A stretch of 64,000 nucleotides of DNA from Gammaproteobacteria bacterium. GTDB lineage: Bacteria > Pseudomonadota > Gammaproteobacteria > Arenicellales > Poriferihabitantaceae. Below are positions 30,519-40,810 of this stretch, piece by piece. The stretch spans positions 13,335 through 77,334 of the forward strand of contig JBLIOD010000006.1 in assembly GCA_047639475.1 (NCBI GenBank). Reading direction: 5' to 3'. Position 1 is the first letter of the stretch; each line of letters begins with the position of its first letter. A program made the position numbers and the translations under genes. The notes under the pieces are model-generated. The model was not told the DNA's origin. It saw only the letters and a list, made by a program, of their open reading frames with translations, and did not search any database.

Positions 30519-33018
30519 GTCTACTGTTCTTCGTTTTTTTAGGTGTGGCTAGACCGGTCTTGGCTTTGCCTCTTATCTTGAGTTTATGCTTCTTCTTCGG
30601 TGTCTCGTTTGAGTCCTCGTTGGGGCTTGTCTTACTATCACCCTTCGGTTTTCCCTTGCTCTTGCTGTCACCCTTATTCTTACTTCTGTTTTTTCCCCAA
30701 GGGCTTTTATCGTCTTTGCTTTCAGTCGTTTTATCGCCACGGTTTTTAGCACTGCCACTGCTTTTGTTGTGAGACTTCTTAGGTCGTCGACCATCACGTC
30801 GACCTAAAGCCCCCCCCTCTTCGCCGGCCAGTGCAAAATCGATTTTACCTGATTGCGGATCAGCACTGACAACCTTGACCGACAATTTGTCGCCTAAGCG
30901 AAAGCGTTTTCCTGTTCGCTCCCCTGTCATTTGGAAACGATTCGGATCAAAGTGAAAATAGTCGCTTCCGAGTTGGGTAACGTGAATCAATCCATCCACA
31001 AATACTTTATCAAGCTGGACGAATAGACCAAACTCTTTAACGCCACTAATTTTACCGCTGAACTCTTCGCCAATATAGGCTTGCATGAACTCGGCTTTAA
31101 GCCAGTCAGACACGTCCCGCGTAGCTTCATCAGCTCGTCGCTCAGTACGTGAGCAATGCTCACCCATCTGGCTTAAGCTTTTGCCTTTGGGACCAAAGTG
31201 CTCCGTGGCGCCTTGGTTTAATACACTGCGAATTAAGCGGTGTACAATTAAATCAGGATAGCGACGTATTGGTGAGGTAAAGTGCGTGTATTGCGGATAG
31301 TTAAGGGCAAAATGTCCCGCGCTCTCTGAGCCGTAAACAGCTTGTTTAAAACTACGCAATAACACCACCTGAATTAATGGCGCTAAGTCAGCTTGCCCTT
31401 CTATGGCCTTTAATACTTCAGCGTAATGTTCTGCGCCTGGTTCGTCACCGCCATTTAGCTGAATACCGAAGCCACTTAGAAACGCCCGTAAGTCGGTTAA
31501 CGCTTCTTCATCTGGCCCTTCGTGGTTACGGTAAATGCCCGCCTTGCAGTTTTTATCAATAAATTTGGCCGCACAAACATTCGCCGCCAACATGCATTCT
31601 TCAATAATGCGGTGTGCTGGATTGCGGTCACGTTCTACGACCTTTTCAATTTTCTGATCTTCGTTAAATACAAACAAAGGCTCTGGAAAATCAAAATCAA
31701 TGGTCCCGCGAGTTTGCCTCTGCCCTTGCATAGTCTCGTAAAACGCATATAGCTGATCTAACGACTTGCATAAGTCTCCACGCTTTTCGCGAGCTTGTTC
31801 ATCTCTCTCTACTACTATCTGTGACATTTCATCATAAGTCAGCCGACCATGAGAAAACATCACCGCGGGGTAGAATTGATATTGCTGCACTTCCCCTTCA
31901 GGTGAGTAATGAATATCGCAGACCATGCAATTTCGGTCTTCATCAGGCTTTAGTGAACAAATGCCGTTAGAGAGTGCCTCAGGCAACATCGGAATAACCC
32001 GGTTGGGGAAATATACTGAGTTACCGCGGTCATAGGCTTCTGTGTCCAGCGCCATACCGGGCTTGATGTAATGGCTCACATCGGCGATAGCAACAATTAA
32101 GCGCCACCCCGATTTTGTTTTTTCTGCGAATACTGCATCGTCAAAGTCGCGCGCATCAGCACCGTCGATAGTGACTAATGGTAATTGCCGTATATCGGTG
32201 CGGGCCCCATTAGTGTTAACGTCGGCTTTAACACTCGTTAAGCTGACACCCATTTTTTCGAGTTCTTGCTCTATCACGTCACCAAACTTGTTTGGCAATT
32301 CATGCTTACGAATGGCAATGTCCGTTTCCATTCCTGGCTCAAATTCATTGCCCACCAACTCAATCACTTCACCCACTACATGGCGATGTTCGATTGGGTG
32401 CTGTGTAATTTTAACAACCACCACTTCACCATTTTTGGCATTCAAGGTGGCATTGGCAGGGATCACGATTTCCTGTGTTTCACGTACGTCATCTGGCTTG
32501 ACGAAATGGGCACCTGCGTCTTTGTAATAGCGCCCAATGATTTCTTTATCCGGGTCAATAATGGCTTCGACTATGGCACCTTCTTTGCGGCCACGGCTGT
32601 CTATCCGCCTAACCACGGCCAGCACTTTGTCATTATGCAATACTTTCTGCATCTGACGGGGGTGTAGATATAAGTCGTCACTGCCATCGTCTGGGATGAC
32701 AAACCCAAAGCCTTGTGCATGGCCCAATACGCGCCCTAACACCATGTCCATTTTTTCGGGTAGCGAAAGTCTGTCACGTCGGTCGCGCAGTAGCATCCCG
32801 CCTCCCGCCATGCGATTAAGGCGGCTTTCGAAGCCTGGGGTTTCTTCTTTACTAATTGAGAGGTCTTCGAATAGGTCATCAACTGCCATTGGGGCACCGT
32901 GATCACTCAAAGCTTTAATGATTAATGAGCGCGATGGCACGGGAACACCCGTCTTGTCTGCGCTGCGGTAATTGGCCTTATCAGGCTTAGATTGGTCTTG
33001 TTTGATTTTATTAGGCAA
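30502..33018 (-). CDS. rnr: ribonuclease R
   Basis: 838 aa with cold-shock/OB domains, an RNB catalytic domain (...DARDFDDAV...), an S1 domain, and a long Lys/Arg-rich C-terminal tail. Confidence 0.97.
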   Translation of the reverse strand: MPNKIKQDQSKPDKANYRSADKTGVPVPSRSLIIKALSDHGAPMAVDDLFEDLSISKEETPGFESRLNRMAGGGMLLRDRRDRLSLPEKMDMVLGRVLGHAQGFGFVIPDDGSDDLYLHPRQMQKVLHNDKVLAVVRRIDSRGRKEGAIVEAIIDPDKEIIGRYYKDAGAHFVKPDDVRETQEIVIPANATLNAKNGEVVVVKITQHPIEHRHVVGEVIELVGNEFEPGMETDIAIRKHELPNKFGDVIEQELEKMGVSLTSVKADVNTNGARTDIRQLPLVTIDGADARDFDDAVFAEKTKSGWRLIVAIADVSHYIKPGMALDTEAYDRGNSVYFPNRVIPMLPEALSNGICSLKPDEDRNCMVCDIHYSPEGEVQQYQFYPAVMFSHGRLTYDEMSQIVVERDEQAREKRGDLCKSLDQLYAFYETMQGQRQTRGTIDFDFPEPLFVFNEDQKIEKVVERDRNPAHRIIEECMLAANVCAAKFIDKNCKAGIYRNHEGPDEEALTDLRAFLSGFGIQLNGGDEPGAEHYAEVLKAIEGQADLAPLIQVVLLRSFKQAVYGSESAGHFALNYPQYTHFTSPIRRYPDLIVHRLIRSVLNQGATEHFGPKGKSLSQMGEHCSRTERRADEATRDVSDWLKAEFMQAYIGEEFSGKISGVKEFGLFVQLDKVFVDGLIHVTQLGSDYFHFDPNRFQMTGERTGKRFRLGDKLSVKVVSADPQSGKIDFALAGEEGGALGRRDGRRPKKSHNKSSGSAKNRGDKTTESKDDKSPWGKNRSKNKGDSKSKGKPKGDSKTSPNEDSNETPKKKHKLKIRGKAKTGLATPKKTKNSRRARKK

Positions 33019-33360
33019 AAACTGCCTCCTTGTTGTTGATTCGCTGCATGAATAGATCCCTATTATGCGCTTAAATATTGATGCTTGCGAAGGGTTTAAT
33101 TGGAGTAGATACGGGCTTTATTGGCCGACATATTGCGGTGCCGAGATGGCACATTGGGTAAACGCGCTAATTATAAAGGGTTAGCTGGAGACGCTTTGCG
33201 AAGATTTTTTGTCTTCCGCTAGAGGCTAACAATCACCTAGGAAATGTCCGTTTTCGGATTGTTCACCCGATTATATGGGGTAGGACATCCAGATAACAAG
33301 TTATATGCAATGCACGAATACTTAACCGTTATCATTGCCAGTGAGCCTTACTGTGGATTA

Positions 33361-34647
33361 CTAAATCAGCAAGCCTTCCACTTTAACGCCGCCTGCTGCC
33401 AACTGTTTCTGGTAGTAACTGGTTTTCATGGCGATTTCTAATTCTTTATTGCTCGCATAATTGCGCCCGCCAAAAGATGGCTGCCATAAATGCTCGGGCT
33501 CCATGCATAAGTAAAAAAATACTTTATCGTGCCAAGGTGTTAAGGCTTGATGCAAGTGACTAAACATATCTACTTTAATATCTTCCGGATAAGCGTACTT
33601 TCCCGCGACCTTATCGAGCGGCATTTGTAGAATTTTACTTTTGAAGCTACGTTTGCGAATAGTGCGCATGACGTCCTTGGTGTAAGTGAGCGTGCCCATC
33701 GAAATCATTGCCACCTGATTTGGTGTGAAACGGCGCGTCAAGCTTTCAGCAATTTGTGCATAGTCTTGCTTGAAATTGTCGTACCAGATCATTGGGTGGA
33801 AATGAAACCCGACCAAGTTACCCTTTGCCGCCATTTTCTCAGCGCAGGTAATACGGTCTTCTAATGAAGCACTTTGATGCTCTTCGTAGTCCACAATCAC
33901 TTGCGGGTTAAGCGACCAAGTACTTAAAATATTTTTGGGCACATCGTTATCTAACAACCACTTAATGTTTTTAGATTTGGTTTTAAATTCTAACAATACA
34001 TTGGGATTGTCTCGGGCGAACTCGCATAAGGCTTCTAAGTTGCCATTATGATTGCCCCACATTAATGAATCGGACGACTGACCAGTACCGATGTGATAAA
34101 GCTTGTTTGGTTCTAATTGAATGCCCTTTAACTTCTCAGCAAAGCCCGAATCAAAGCGTACCTCGTTTTCATGATAGAACGACTGGATAGAACAATAGCT
34201 GCAATCAAAGCCGCAACGCTCTACCGCATCCAAGGTAAGCAAATTACAGCAGCGGGTTTTCTCAGAAGCAACGGGGCAATAGCCCAAGCCCAGATTTGGT
34301 TTTTCAACACTGACCAAGTTTGGCTTAATTGCTTTGGGTTTATCTTGCGCGCCAAATTCGACGTAGGTTTTAGGCTGATTGGTGATTTGTTCGAAGGCCA
34401 GTCTTAATTTGGCGAAAGCCTGCTTTTTAGGTATCGCTTCACTCGGCCACAGCGTACTAATCGGCGCTTCTTTGAACATCTCCAGGTCATTGCTGATCTG
34501 ACAAATTTCACGCAGTTCTTGCTGCGTGAAGCGATTTTCAGTTGCCGTGTCGCTTATGAATTTCTGAATGTCTTCAGGCAGTTTATGTAGCAAAGTTTGC
34601 GGCGCGATGGAGGCAAACTTTTCAGCGTAATTTTCGTGTTTTCCCAT
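33361..34647 (-). CDS. radical SAM protein of the spore-photoproduct-lyase (SPL/SplB-like) family
   Basis: CxxxCxxC cluster motif (CGFDCSYCSIQ) at about residue 150, with SPL-like downstream sequence. There is an N-terminal extension of about 130 aa of unknown function. Confidence 0.65.
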   Translation of the reverse strand: MGKHENYAEKFASIAPQTLLHKLPEDIQKFISDTATENRFTQQELREICQISNDLEMFKEAPISTLWPSEAIPKKQAFAKLRLAFEQITNQPKTYVEFGAQDKPKAIKPNLVSVEKPNLGLGYCPVASEKTRCCNLLTLDAVERCGFDCSYCSIQSFYHENEVRFDSGFAEKLKGIQLEPNKLYHIGTGQSSDSLMWGNHNGNLEALCEFARDNPNVLLEFKTKSKNIKWLLDNDVPKNILSTWSLNPQVIVDYEEHQSASLEDRITCAEKMAAKGNLVGFHFHPMIWYDNFKQDYAQIAESLTRRFTPNQVAMISMGTLTYTKDVMRTIRKRSFKSKILQMPLDKVAGKYAYPEDIKVDMFSHLHQALTPWHDKVFFYLCMEPEHLWQPSFGGRNYASNKELEIAMKTSYYQKQLAAGGVKVEGLLI

Positions 34648-34658
34648 AATGATAACCC

Positions 34659-35468
34659 TTATCGATGCACGTTTATTTGGTCACGCATGGCTTTGGCTTC
34701 ATTGGCCGCCGCTGCCGCAAAATCTTTTCCACTGCTGGCATAAATGATGCCGCGTGAAGAATTAATCATTAAGCCCAACCCTTCACTGTCAACCCCGTGT
34801 TGCATCACCGCGGCCAGATCCCCACCTTGAGCACCGATACCCGGCACTAACAATGGCATGTCGCCGACTAGTTCACGAATCTGTCCCAGTTCTTCAGGAT
34901 AAGTGGCGCCAACCACCAACATCACTTGTTGGTCCTTGTTCCAATCAACCGCGCGTTTAGCCACGTGCCAAGCGAGGGGTTCGCCATCTGCTTGTAAACT
35001 TTGAAACTCACCGCTCCCCGAGTTGGACGTTCTACATAAAACCACCACGCCTTTGTCTTTATAGGCCAAGTAGGGTTCGATTGTATCGCCGCCCATATAG
35101 GGGTTCACCGTTAAGGCATCTGCGCCATAGCGACCAAATGCTTCTACCGCATACATATCGGCTGTGGCACCAATATCGCCGCGTTTGGCATCCAAAATAA
35201 CCGGGATCGTGGGGTAATGCTGTTTGATATAAGCAATGGTTTTCTCAAGCTCACCTTCGGCGCCCACGGCAGCGTAATAAGCAATTTGCGGTTTGAAGCA
35301 ACAAGCGTATTCTGCGGTGGCATCTACTAACTGCTTATTGAATTCGAAAATGGCTGATCGCTCTTGACCTAAGTGCACTGGCAAACGCTTTATGTCTGGG
35401 TCTAAGCCCACACAAACTAGGGAATTTTGTTGCTGCCATGCCGTCTTTAAGGAGTCAATAAATCTCAT
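34659..35468 (-). CDS. pyrF: orotidine-5'-phosphate decarboxylase (long, type 2 form)
   Basis: 269 aa, LDPD...ILDAKRGDIGAT motifs. Confidence 0.93.
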   Translation of the reverse strand: MRFIDSLKTAWQQQNSLVCVGLDPDIKRLPVHLGQERSAIFEFNKQLVDATAEYACCFKPQIAYYAAVGAEGELEKTIAYIKQHYPTIPVILDAKRGDIGATADMYAVEAFGRYGADALTVNPYMGGDTIEPYLAYKDKGVVVLCRTSNSGSGEFQSLQADGEPLAWHVAKRAVDWNKDQQVMLVVGATYPEELGQIRELVGDMPLLVPGIGAQGGDLAAVMQHGVDSEGLGLMINSSRGIIYASSGKDFAAAAANEAKAMRDQINVHR

Positions 35469-36490
35469 GGCTCGAGTTTAACAACTTCGCGTAACAAAGA
35501 CGTAGCAAATGCGCCTTTTGGGAGCGTGAAGTTTAGCGTAAGCGTACTATTTCCTTCCCAGTGATACGCCAAGTCTTGCGCTATTAATCTAAGCGCTCGT
35601 CTGCTTTGTTTGAGACCTTGCTTACACAGGCCATCCGCAAGCAGCACATTTTGATCAATAACAGATTGCTCCAGCGATGCAACCGCTCCGGTTGTAACCA
35701 ACTCCCCTTTGCCCCACATTGCACCTGATGGATGAATATCCTGCTCTGCTAACCGCCTAATAATCTCACTGTCTATTTCCTCACAAAGGAAGTAACTATT
35801 CGAGCCAGCTAGACTCATGGCGTCCCCGACTAAAGCGGTATCCCAAGTACCTTGTGCAATACGCTGGGCAAGAATCAAGTTATACAGGTACGAACGGGCA
35901 GCCGATAAGTACATACTTCTGGCCGTGCGGTCCGGTTTTATCTGACCAGCAAACAACTTCAAGGCTTGCTCAACATTATGGCTATTGTTACCAAAACGTT
36001 GCGGGCCAAAGTAATTAGGCACCCCACTCAGAGCAATTTGATCAAGGACTTGGTTCAAGGTGGCCGTTTCGCCTAGAATTTTTCTGATAACCAGTTCAAA
36101 CGAATTGCTTTTATGCGTGCCGCGCTTGAGTTTGGAATGGTGTTTTAGCGACTTCAGAACCCGCAGCTTTTGATTATCTAGACTAGCTAAATCGGTGGTT
36201 TCTGCTGAACCTGGCACACTAAACCACTGCTGGGTAATCGCGCGTTTATCCTTTAAGCCGCTATACCCAATATCAGCTATTCTTACCGAAAAATATTGCG
36301 CCAGTTGCTGCGCGACGTTAACCGTATTGAGATCTTGCTTTTCTATATAGAGCCATAGGTGTGATCCTTCACCAGACGGTGTAAAACCCAAGTTTTCGAC
36401 CACCTTGAAATCTTCGATAGCTTGACGTATCTCGCCTGTTACCTGAGGCTTGTGCAGGCTCACAAATTGATTAAAGTTAATAACGTGCAT
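35465..36490 (-). CDS. truD: tRNA pseudouridine(13) synthase TruD
   Basis: TruD motifs (YSGLKDKRAITQQWFSV, NYFGPQRFG). Its stop overlaps the pyrF start by 4 nt. The start was trimmed to the ATG at 36490. Confidence 0.9.
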   Translation of the reverse strand: MHVINFNQFVSLHKPQVTGEIRQAIEDFKVVENLGFTPSGEGSHLWLYIEKQDLNTVNVAQQLAQYFSVRIADIGYSGLKDKRAITQQWFSVPGSAETTDLASLDNQKLRVLKSLKHHSKLKRGTHKSNSFELVIRKILGETATLNQVLDQIALSGVPNYFGPQRFGNNSHNVEQALKLFAGQIKPDRTARSMYLSAARSYLYNLILAQRIAQGTWDTALVGDAMSLAGSNSYFLCEEIDSEIIRRLAEQDIHPSGAMWGKGELVTTGAVASLEQSVIDQNVLLADGLCKQGLKQSRRALRLIAQDLAYHWEGNSTLTLNFTLPKGAFATSLLREVVKLEP

Positions 36491-36578
36491 TAGTTGAAGA
36501 ATTAACAAGCTCAGTTGACGATAATTAGTTTACCATCGACTTAAGCAGAATAAGCATTTCACACTAACTATTTCACTT

Positions 36579-37388
36579 ATGACATCTACTTCAATCATTA
36601 TCGAACCCGAACAAGCCCAAGTGTTTATAGAAGATCACTCACCGATCATTGTTGACTTGTCTCAAGCCGAGAATTACCTACAAGCGCATATTCCCAATGC
36701 AATCAATCTTGATTACAGCTTGCTAACCCACGGCCATCCGCCTGCTCCTGGTAACCTTCCAGAACCAGTACGGTTACAGGCTTTGCTTGATGCACTCGGT
36801 ATCGCCAAGGAAAACAAAATTTTAATTTACGACAGCGAAGGCATGGGGAAATCTAGCCGCTTTATCTGGGTACTAGACTGTGTTGGCTACAACGGCTATA
36901 AGATGATTAACGGCGGCTTACAGAGCTGGGCAAGTGAAGATTACGCACTGGATAGCGCGGTAACGCTGGCTGAAAGTGAAGAGCAAGCCGCCATCACAAT
37001 TAATGCTCACCCTATCGCCACTAAAGAAGACGTGCTGGAGGCTATAGACGCTCCGGGCACAGTCATTTTAGATGTTCGTACTGCAGCAGAATATTCAGGT
37101 CAGCGCGGTGGCTCAAGGTTTGGACATATACCCAGCTCAGTGAATTTGAATTGGCTAGATACAATGGACCCGAACAACAATCAAAAGATACTGCCTGCGC
37201 AGCAGTTGTTATCAATGTACGAAAAGATCGGTGTCACCCCAGATAAGCAAATAATTGCTCACTGTCAAACTCATCATCGTTCATCACATACCTACGTACT
37301 GCTTAAGCATTTAGGGTTTACGAATGTACGTGGTTACGGCGGCTCCTGGGCAGAATGGAGCGCAGATATGAGTTTACCGATAGTATAA
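36579..37388 (+). CDS. two-domain rhodanese-type sulfurtransferase
   Basis: 269 aa with tandem rhodanese domains and the active-site loop HCQTHHRSS in the C-terminal domain. Confidence 0.85.
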   Translation: MTSTSIIIEPEQAQVFIEDHSPIIVDLSQAENYLQAHIPNAINLDYSLLTHGHPPAPGNLPEPVRLQALLDALGIAKENKILIYDSEGMGKSSRFIWVLDCVGYNGYKMINGGLQSWASEDYALDSAVTLAESEEQAAITINAHPIATKEDVLEAIDAPGTVILDVRTAAEYSGQRGGSRFGHIPSSVNLNWLDTMDPNNNQKILPAQQLLSMYEKIGVTPDKQIIAHCQTHHRSSHTYVLLKHLGFTNVRGYGGSWAEWSADMSLPIV

Positions 37389-37524
37389 AATAGGTTTATA
37401 AGGGTAAATACCACCCAAAATCCATCTGTTGTATACTAACTAAAAGCAGTCAGCGCATATCTCACAATGGTGCCTTAACGCTAGTGGGGCGTGCTAATTT
37501 TTGTAACAACAGAGGAAGACAGCC

Positions 37525-37953
37525 ATGCGAGTAGTAAAAGATATTTTGACGATTAAAGGCGGCGACGTTAAAACGGTTGACGAAAGCGACACGGTTTACA
37601 GCGCAGCAGAAGCAATGGAAAGCAATGGAATCGGTGCATTAGTCGTCACAAAGAACGGCACCTTAACCGGCATAGTTTCTGAGCGAGATTGCGTTTGCAA
37701 ACTTACTTTATTGCGTAAATCAGCGGATGATACACTCGTATCTGACATCATGACACGGAAAGTACTGGTGGTGAAAGAAGGCACCCCGATAAACGAGTGT
37801 ATGGCCTTAATGTCCGCAAAACACTTACGTCATCTACCCGTAATGCAAGGCAAAGTGCTGAAGGGCATTATTTCGATCGGTGACGTGGTGAAGGAAGTGA
37901 TACGCCAACAAGATTTAGAGATACAACAGCTTCAAGGCTATATTTATTCTTGA
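37525..37953 (+). CDS. CBS-pair domain protein
   Basis: 142 aa with two CBS motifs (GIGALVV...GIVSERD; HLRHLPV...GIISIGD). Confidence 0.85.
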   Translation: MRVVKDILTIKGGDVKTVDESDTVYSAAEAMESNGIGALVVTKNGTLTGIVSERDCVCKLTLLRKSADDTLVSDIMTRKVLVVKEGTPINECMALMSAKHLRHLPVMQGKVLKGIISIGDVVKEVIRQQDLEIQQLQGYIYS

Positions 37954-37984
37954 TTCTAGGCTTCTGCCGAACAACGGCGAACAA

Positions 37985-39763
37985 CTACACCCAAACCCAC
38001 ATGATCATCGGCACACTAACGGCGATGATAACAAAATCTAACGGCAGGCCCATTCGCCAATAGTCGCCGAAGTTATAGCCACCCGGCCCTAAAACCAAGG
38101 TGTTAGACTGATGGCCGATTGGGGTCAAGTACGGTGATGCAGCGCCAATAGCCACCGCCATCAAAAAAGGGTCCGCGGAAAGCCCCAAACCCGCAGCCAT
38201 GCTAAAGGCAACGGGCGCCATTAACACCGCAGTGGGTGTGTTGTGAATCACGTCCGACATAATCATGGTGGCGGCTATCAACAAGGCTAACAAGCTCCAA
38301 AGTGGTATGTCCGATGCGACACCCAGAATACCGTTGGCAATTAAATCTGTGCCACCAGTTGTTTGCAAAGCTTCACCAATGGGAATTAGAAAACCCAAAA
38401 GAACGATAATGGGCCATTCCACGCTTTGATAAGCTTCTCGTAACGAAACCAAACGCGAAAAGACCAACGCCCCCACCACGGTTACAAAGGCAATGTGAAC
38501 GGGTATCCAGTTCATTGCTGAAGCAAAGATACCCAGAGCGAAAAATAGCGGCGTCAATAAAGCTCCGCGGCGTTGGGTTATTTCGAATCCTCTGTTTTTT
38601 AGCGCTAAGCAGCCTAAAGACTTGCACAGCCGTTGCAATGCAGGCGTCTCACCTTGCAGTAACAACAAATCACCCGTTCTAAATTTTATAACCTTTAAGA
38701 GTGCGCTAGAAGGTCTATTTTCACGTGCCACCCCAAGTAGGTTTACACCGTATTCCTCGTGCATGTTAACGCCACGCATTGATATTCCTTCTATCATGGA
38801 ATCAGGCATAACAACGGCTTCGATTACTCTAATGTCGGGAGACTTAAGCCATTCGGGATCAAAAATTTCGGATCCAGCCTCTACTAAACCCACATTCTCG
38901 AACAAAGGTTGTAAGGCTTCACTCTCTCCTTCTACTATTAAAATATCCTCAGTATAGAGTTGCTCGATTGTGTGTGGCGCCAACCTCCTTCGAGCCTGTC
39001 TCACAATTGCCATCACCGACACTTCCTGTTCGCACAATTTCTCCAGATCACCTACCGTCTTTCCGATTAAAGCTGATTCTGACGGAATCCGAAGCTCCGT
39101 CACATATCTAGAAATGTGGAATTGATGCGGATTGTCTTCGTCAGACAGATTAATGCGATTAGGCAACAACCGCCAACCAATAGTGATTATAAACAATATA
39201 CCGCAAATCGCTACTGGCAAGCCTACTGGTGTGAAGTCAAACATACCAAATGGCTCGCCGCTATTATTGGCTCTAAACGTGGCTATGACTATATTTGGAG
39301 GAGTGCCGATCATAGTGACCAAGCCGCCTAACAAACTGGCAAATGATAAAGGCATTAACAAGGTAGATGCTGGTCTGCCCGCTTTTCGGGCATCGCGCAT
39401 GGTAATGGGCATCATTAAGGCCAGCGCGCCAATATTGTTCATAAAGGCTGATAGAAATGCCGTAATTCCGCAATTCGCCAGCATTTGAGTGAACATTTTG
39501 CCTCGAAACAAAGCCAGGTATTTAAGAAAGAGTTCTACCACTCCGCAAGACTGCAAGGCCTTGCTTATCACCAACACACAAGCAACAGTGAAAACGGCTG
39601 GATGAGCAAAGCCTTCAAAAGCATGGTCAGTCGGTACAACACCAGTGTAAACACCCGCGATCAGGGCAAAACCTGCCACTACATCGTAACGCCAATAATT
39701 AACCACGAATAAAACCATGGCAATTAACAAAATGGCAAAAACGCTAATTTGATCAAGCGTCAT
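37985..39763 (-). CDS. SLC13/DASS-type anion permease with central TrkA-C (RCK-C) domains
   Basis: 592 aa. Multi-TM N- and C-terminal halves flank a soluble insert of about 170 aa with two TrkA-C-like repeats. Confidence 0.8.
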   Translation of the reverse strand: MTLDQISVFAILLIAMVLFVVNYWRYDVVAGFALIAGVYTGVVPTDHAFEGFAHPAVFTVACVLVISKALQSCGVVELFLKYLALFRGKMFTQMLANCGITAFLSAFMNNIGALALMMPITMRDARKAGRPASTLLMPLSFASLLGGLVTMIGTPPNIVIATFRANNSGEPFGMFDFTPVGLPVAICGILFIITIGWRLLPNRINLSDEDNPHQFHISRYVTELRIPSESALIGKTVGDLEKLCEQEVSVMAIVRQARRRLAPHTIEQLYTEDILIVEGESEALQPLFENVGLVEAGSEIFDPEWLKSPDIRVIEAVVMPDSMIEGISMRGVNMHEEYGVNLLGVARENRPSSALLKVIKFRTGDLLLLQGETPALQRLCKSLGCLALKNRGFEITQRRGALLTPLFFALGIFASAMNWIPVHIAFVTVVGALVFSRLVSLREAYQSVEWPIIVLLGFLIPIGEALQTTGGTDLIANGILGVASDIPLWSLLALLIAATMIMSDVIHNTPTAVLMAPVAFSMAAGLGLSADPFLMAVAIGAASPYLTPIGHQSNTLVLGPGGYNFGDYWRMGLPLDFVIIAVSVPMIMWVWV

Positions 39764-39877
39764 AGTTTAGATTTACCTGCACATAAATAAGTTTTATATT
39801 GTTACTCGATAAGGCTTTGCGGTCAAGATTCAAATTCAAAAATCACGCTTCGGTTCGCCGTTGGCGTAAATTGAAAG

Positions 39878-40747
39878 CTAGTTCGAACGGGGTTTTTTCG
39901 ATGCCAATAGATTAATCACTAGGCCACTCAGTATTAATGCCGCCGCTAGCCATTTCCACCAATACAAAGGCTCGTTTAACCACCAGCTAGAAGCCGCTAA
40001 CCCAAATACCGGCACCAGTAGTGCCCAGGGCGTAACTAAAGCAGCGTCGTACTGCTCTAGTAACTTGTTCCACAAGCCATACCCGATTAGGGTATTGCCA
40101 ACTGTTTGCCATAACACGATTAGCCATGTGTCCCATCTAGCATCAATCAGTCCATTGGCTATGGCCTGCGGACCTTCATAGTACAAGGACATCAGCAACA
40201 AAGGCGGGATAGCAAATAACGAAGACCAAGCGATGAAACCCAGTATATCCACCCGACCTACCTGTTTAACCACAATATTCGCTGCAGCCCAACTAAGCGC
40301 TGCGAGTAACACCACCATCAAACCAATGCTCGATGTTTCACCATCGGTATAGATCATGATAATAACCAGCCCCATCGCACCAATGAGCAATGCACCGACT
40401 TGCATCAATTTGAGCTGTTCTTTGAACACCCAGAACGCCAGCAGTATGGTGAAGAAAACCTGTATTTGTATCACCAAGGATGCCAACCCAGGGGTGATAT
40501 GCCCCTGCATAGACCAAAATAGTAGACCGAATTGGCCGAAACCAATAAGCACGCCGTAAGCCATTAAATATTTCCACGGCACTGGCGGCCTTTTCAGGAT
40601 AAAGACCAAGGGAACCGCCACGAGAGTAAAGCGCAACGTCGCAAATAAGAACGGCGGCAGATCTGCCAACCCCAACTTAATGAGCACAAAGTTCGTACCC
40701 CAAACAAACGCCACTAACATAGCTGTTAGTTGATGAATTAAACTCAT
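39878..40747 (-). CDS. EamA/DMT-family transporter
   Basis: 289 aa with 10 predicted TM helices and two EamA repeats. Confidence 0.85.
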   Translation of the reverse strand: MSLIHQLTAMLVAFVWGTNFVLIKLGLADLPPFLFATLRFTLVAVPLVFILKRPPVPWKYLMAYGVLIGFGQFGLLFWSMQGHITPGLASLVIQIQVFFTILLAFWVFKEQLKLMQVGALLIGAMGLVIIMIYTDGETSSIGLMVVLLAALSWAAANIVVKQVGRVDILGFIAWSSLFAIPPLLLMSLYYEGPQAIANGLIDARWDTWLIVLWQTVGNTLIGYGLWNKLLEQYDAALVTPWALLVPVFGLAASSWWLNEPLYWWKWLAAALILSGLVINLLASKKPRSN

Positions 40748-40810
40748 TTTAATTGGCGCTCAGTCTTTAATTGGTGAGATGGTTCCGTTGCTGGAAGATG
40801 ACGGTTTTAG

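Noticed and set aside
30502-30800. Highly repetitive Lys/Ser/Gly/Asp-rich coding tract at the 3' end of rnr, and the 17-nt rnr/rlmB overlap.
   Set aside because: A basic low-complexity C-terminal tail is a normal feature of RNase R, and rnr-rlmB coupling is conserved. It is not anomalous.
33019-33360. 342-bp region upstream of rnr, with a bulged hairpin around 33195-33225, considered as an sRNA or riboswitch.
   Set aside because: No canonical terminator, no recognisable riboswitch core and no conserved-looking structure could be established by eye. It is most simply a long rnr 5' leader and promoter region.
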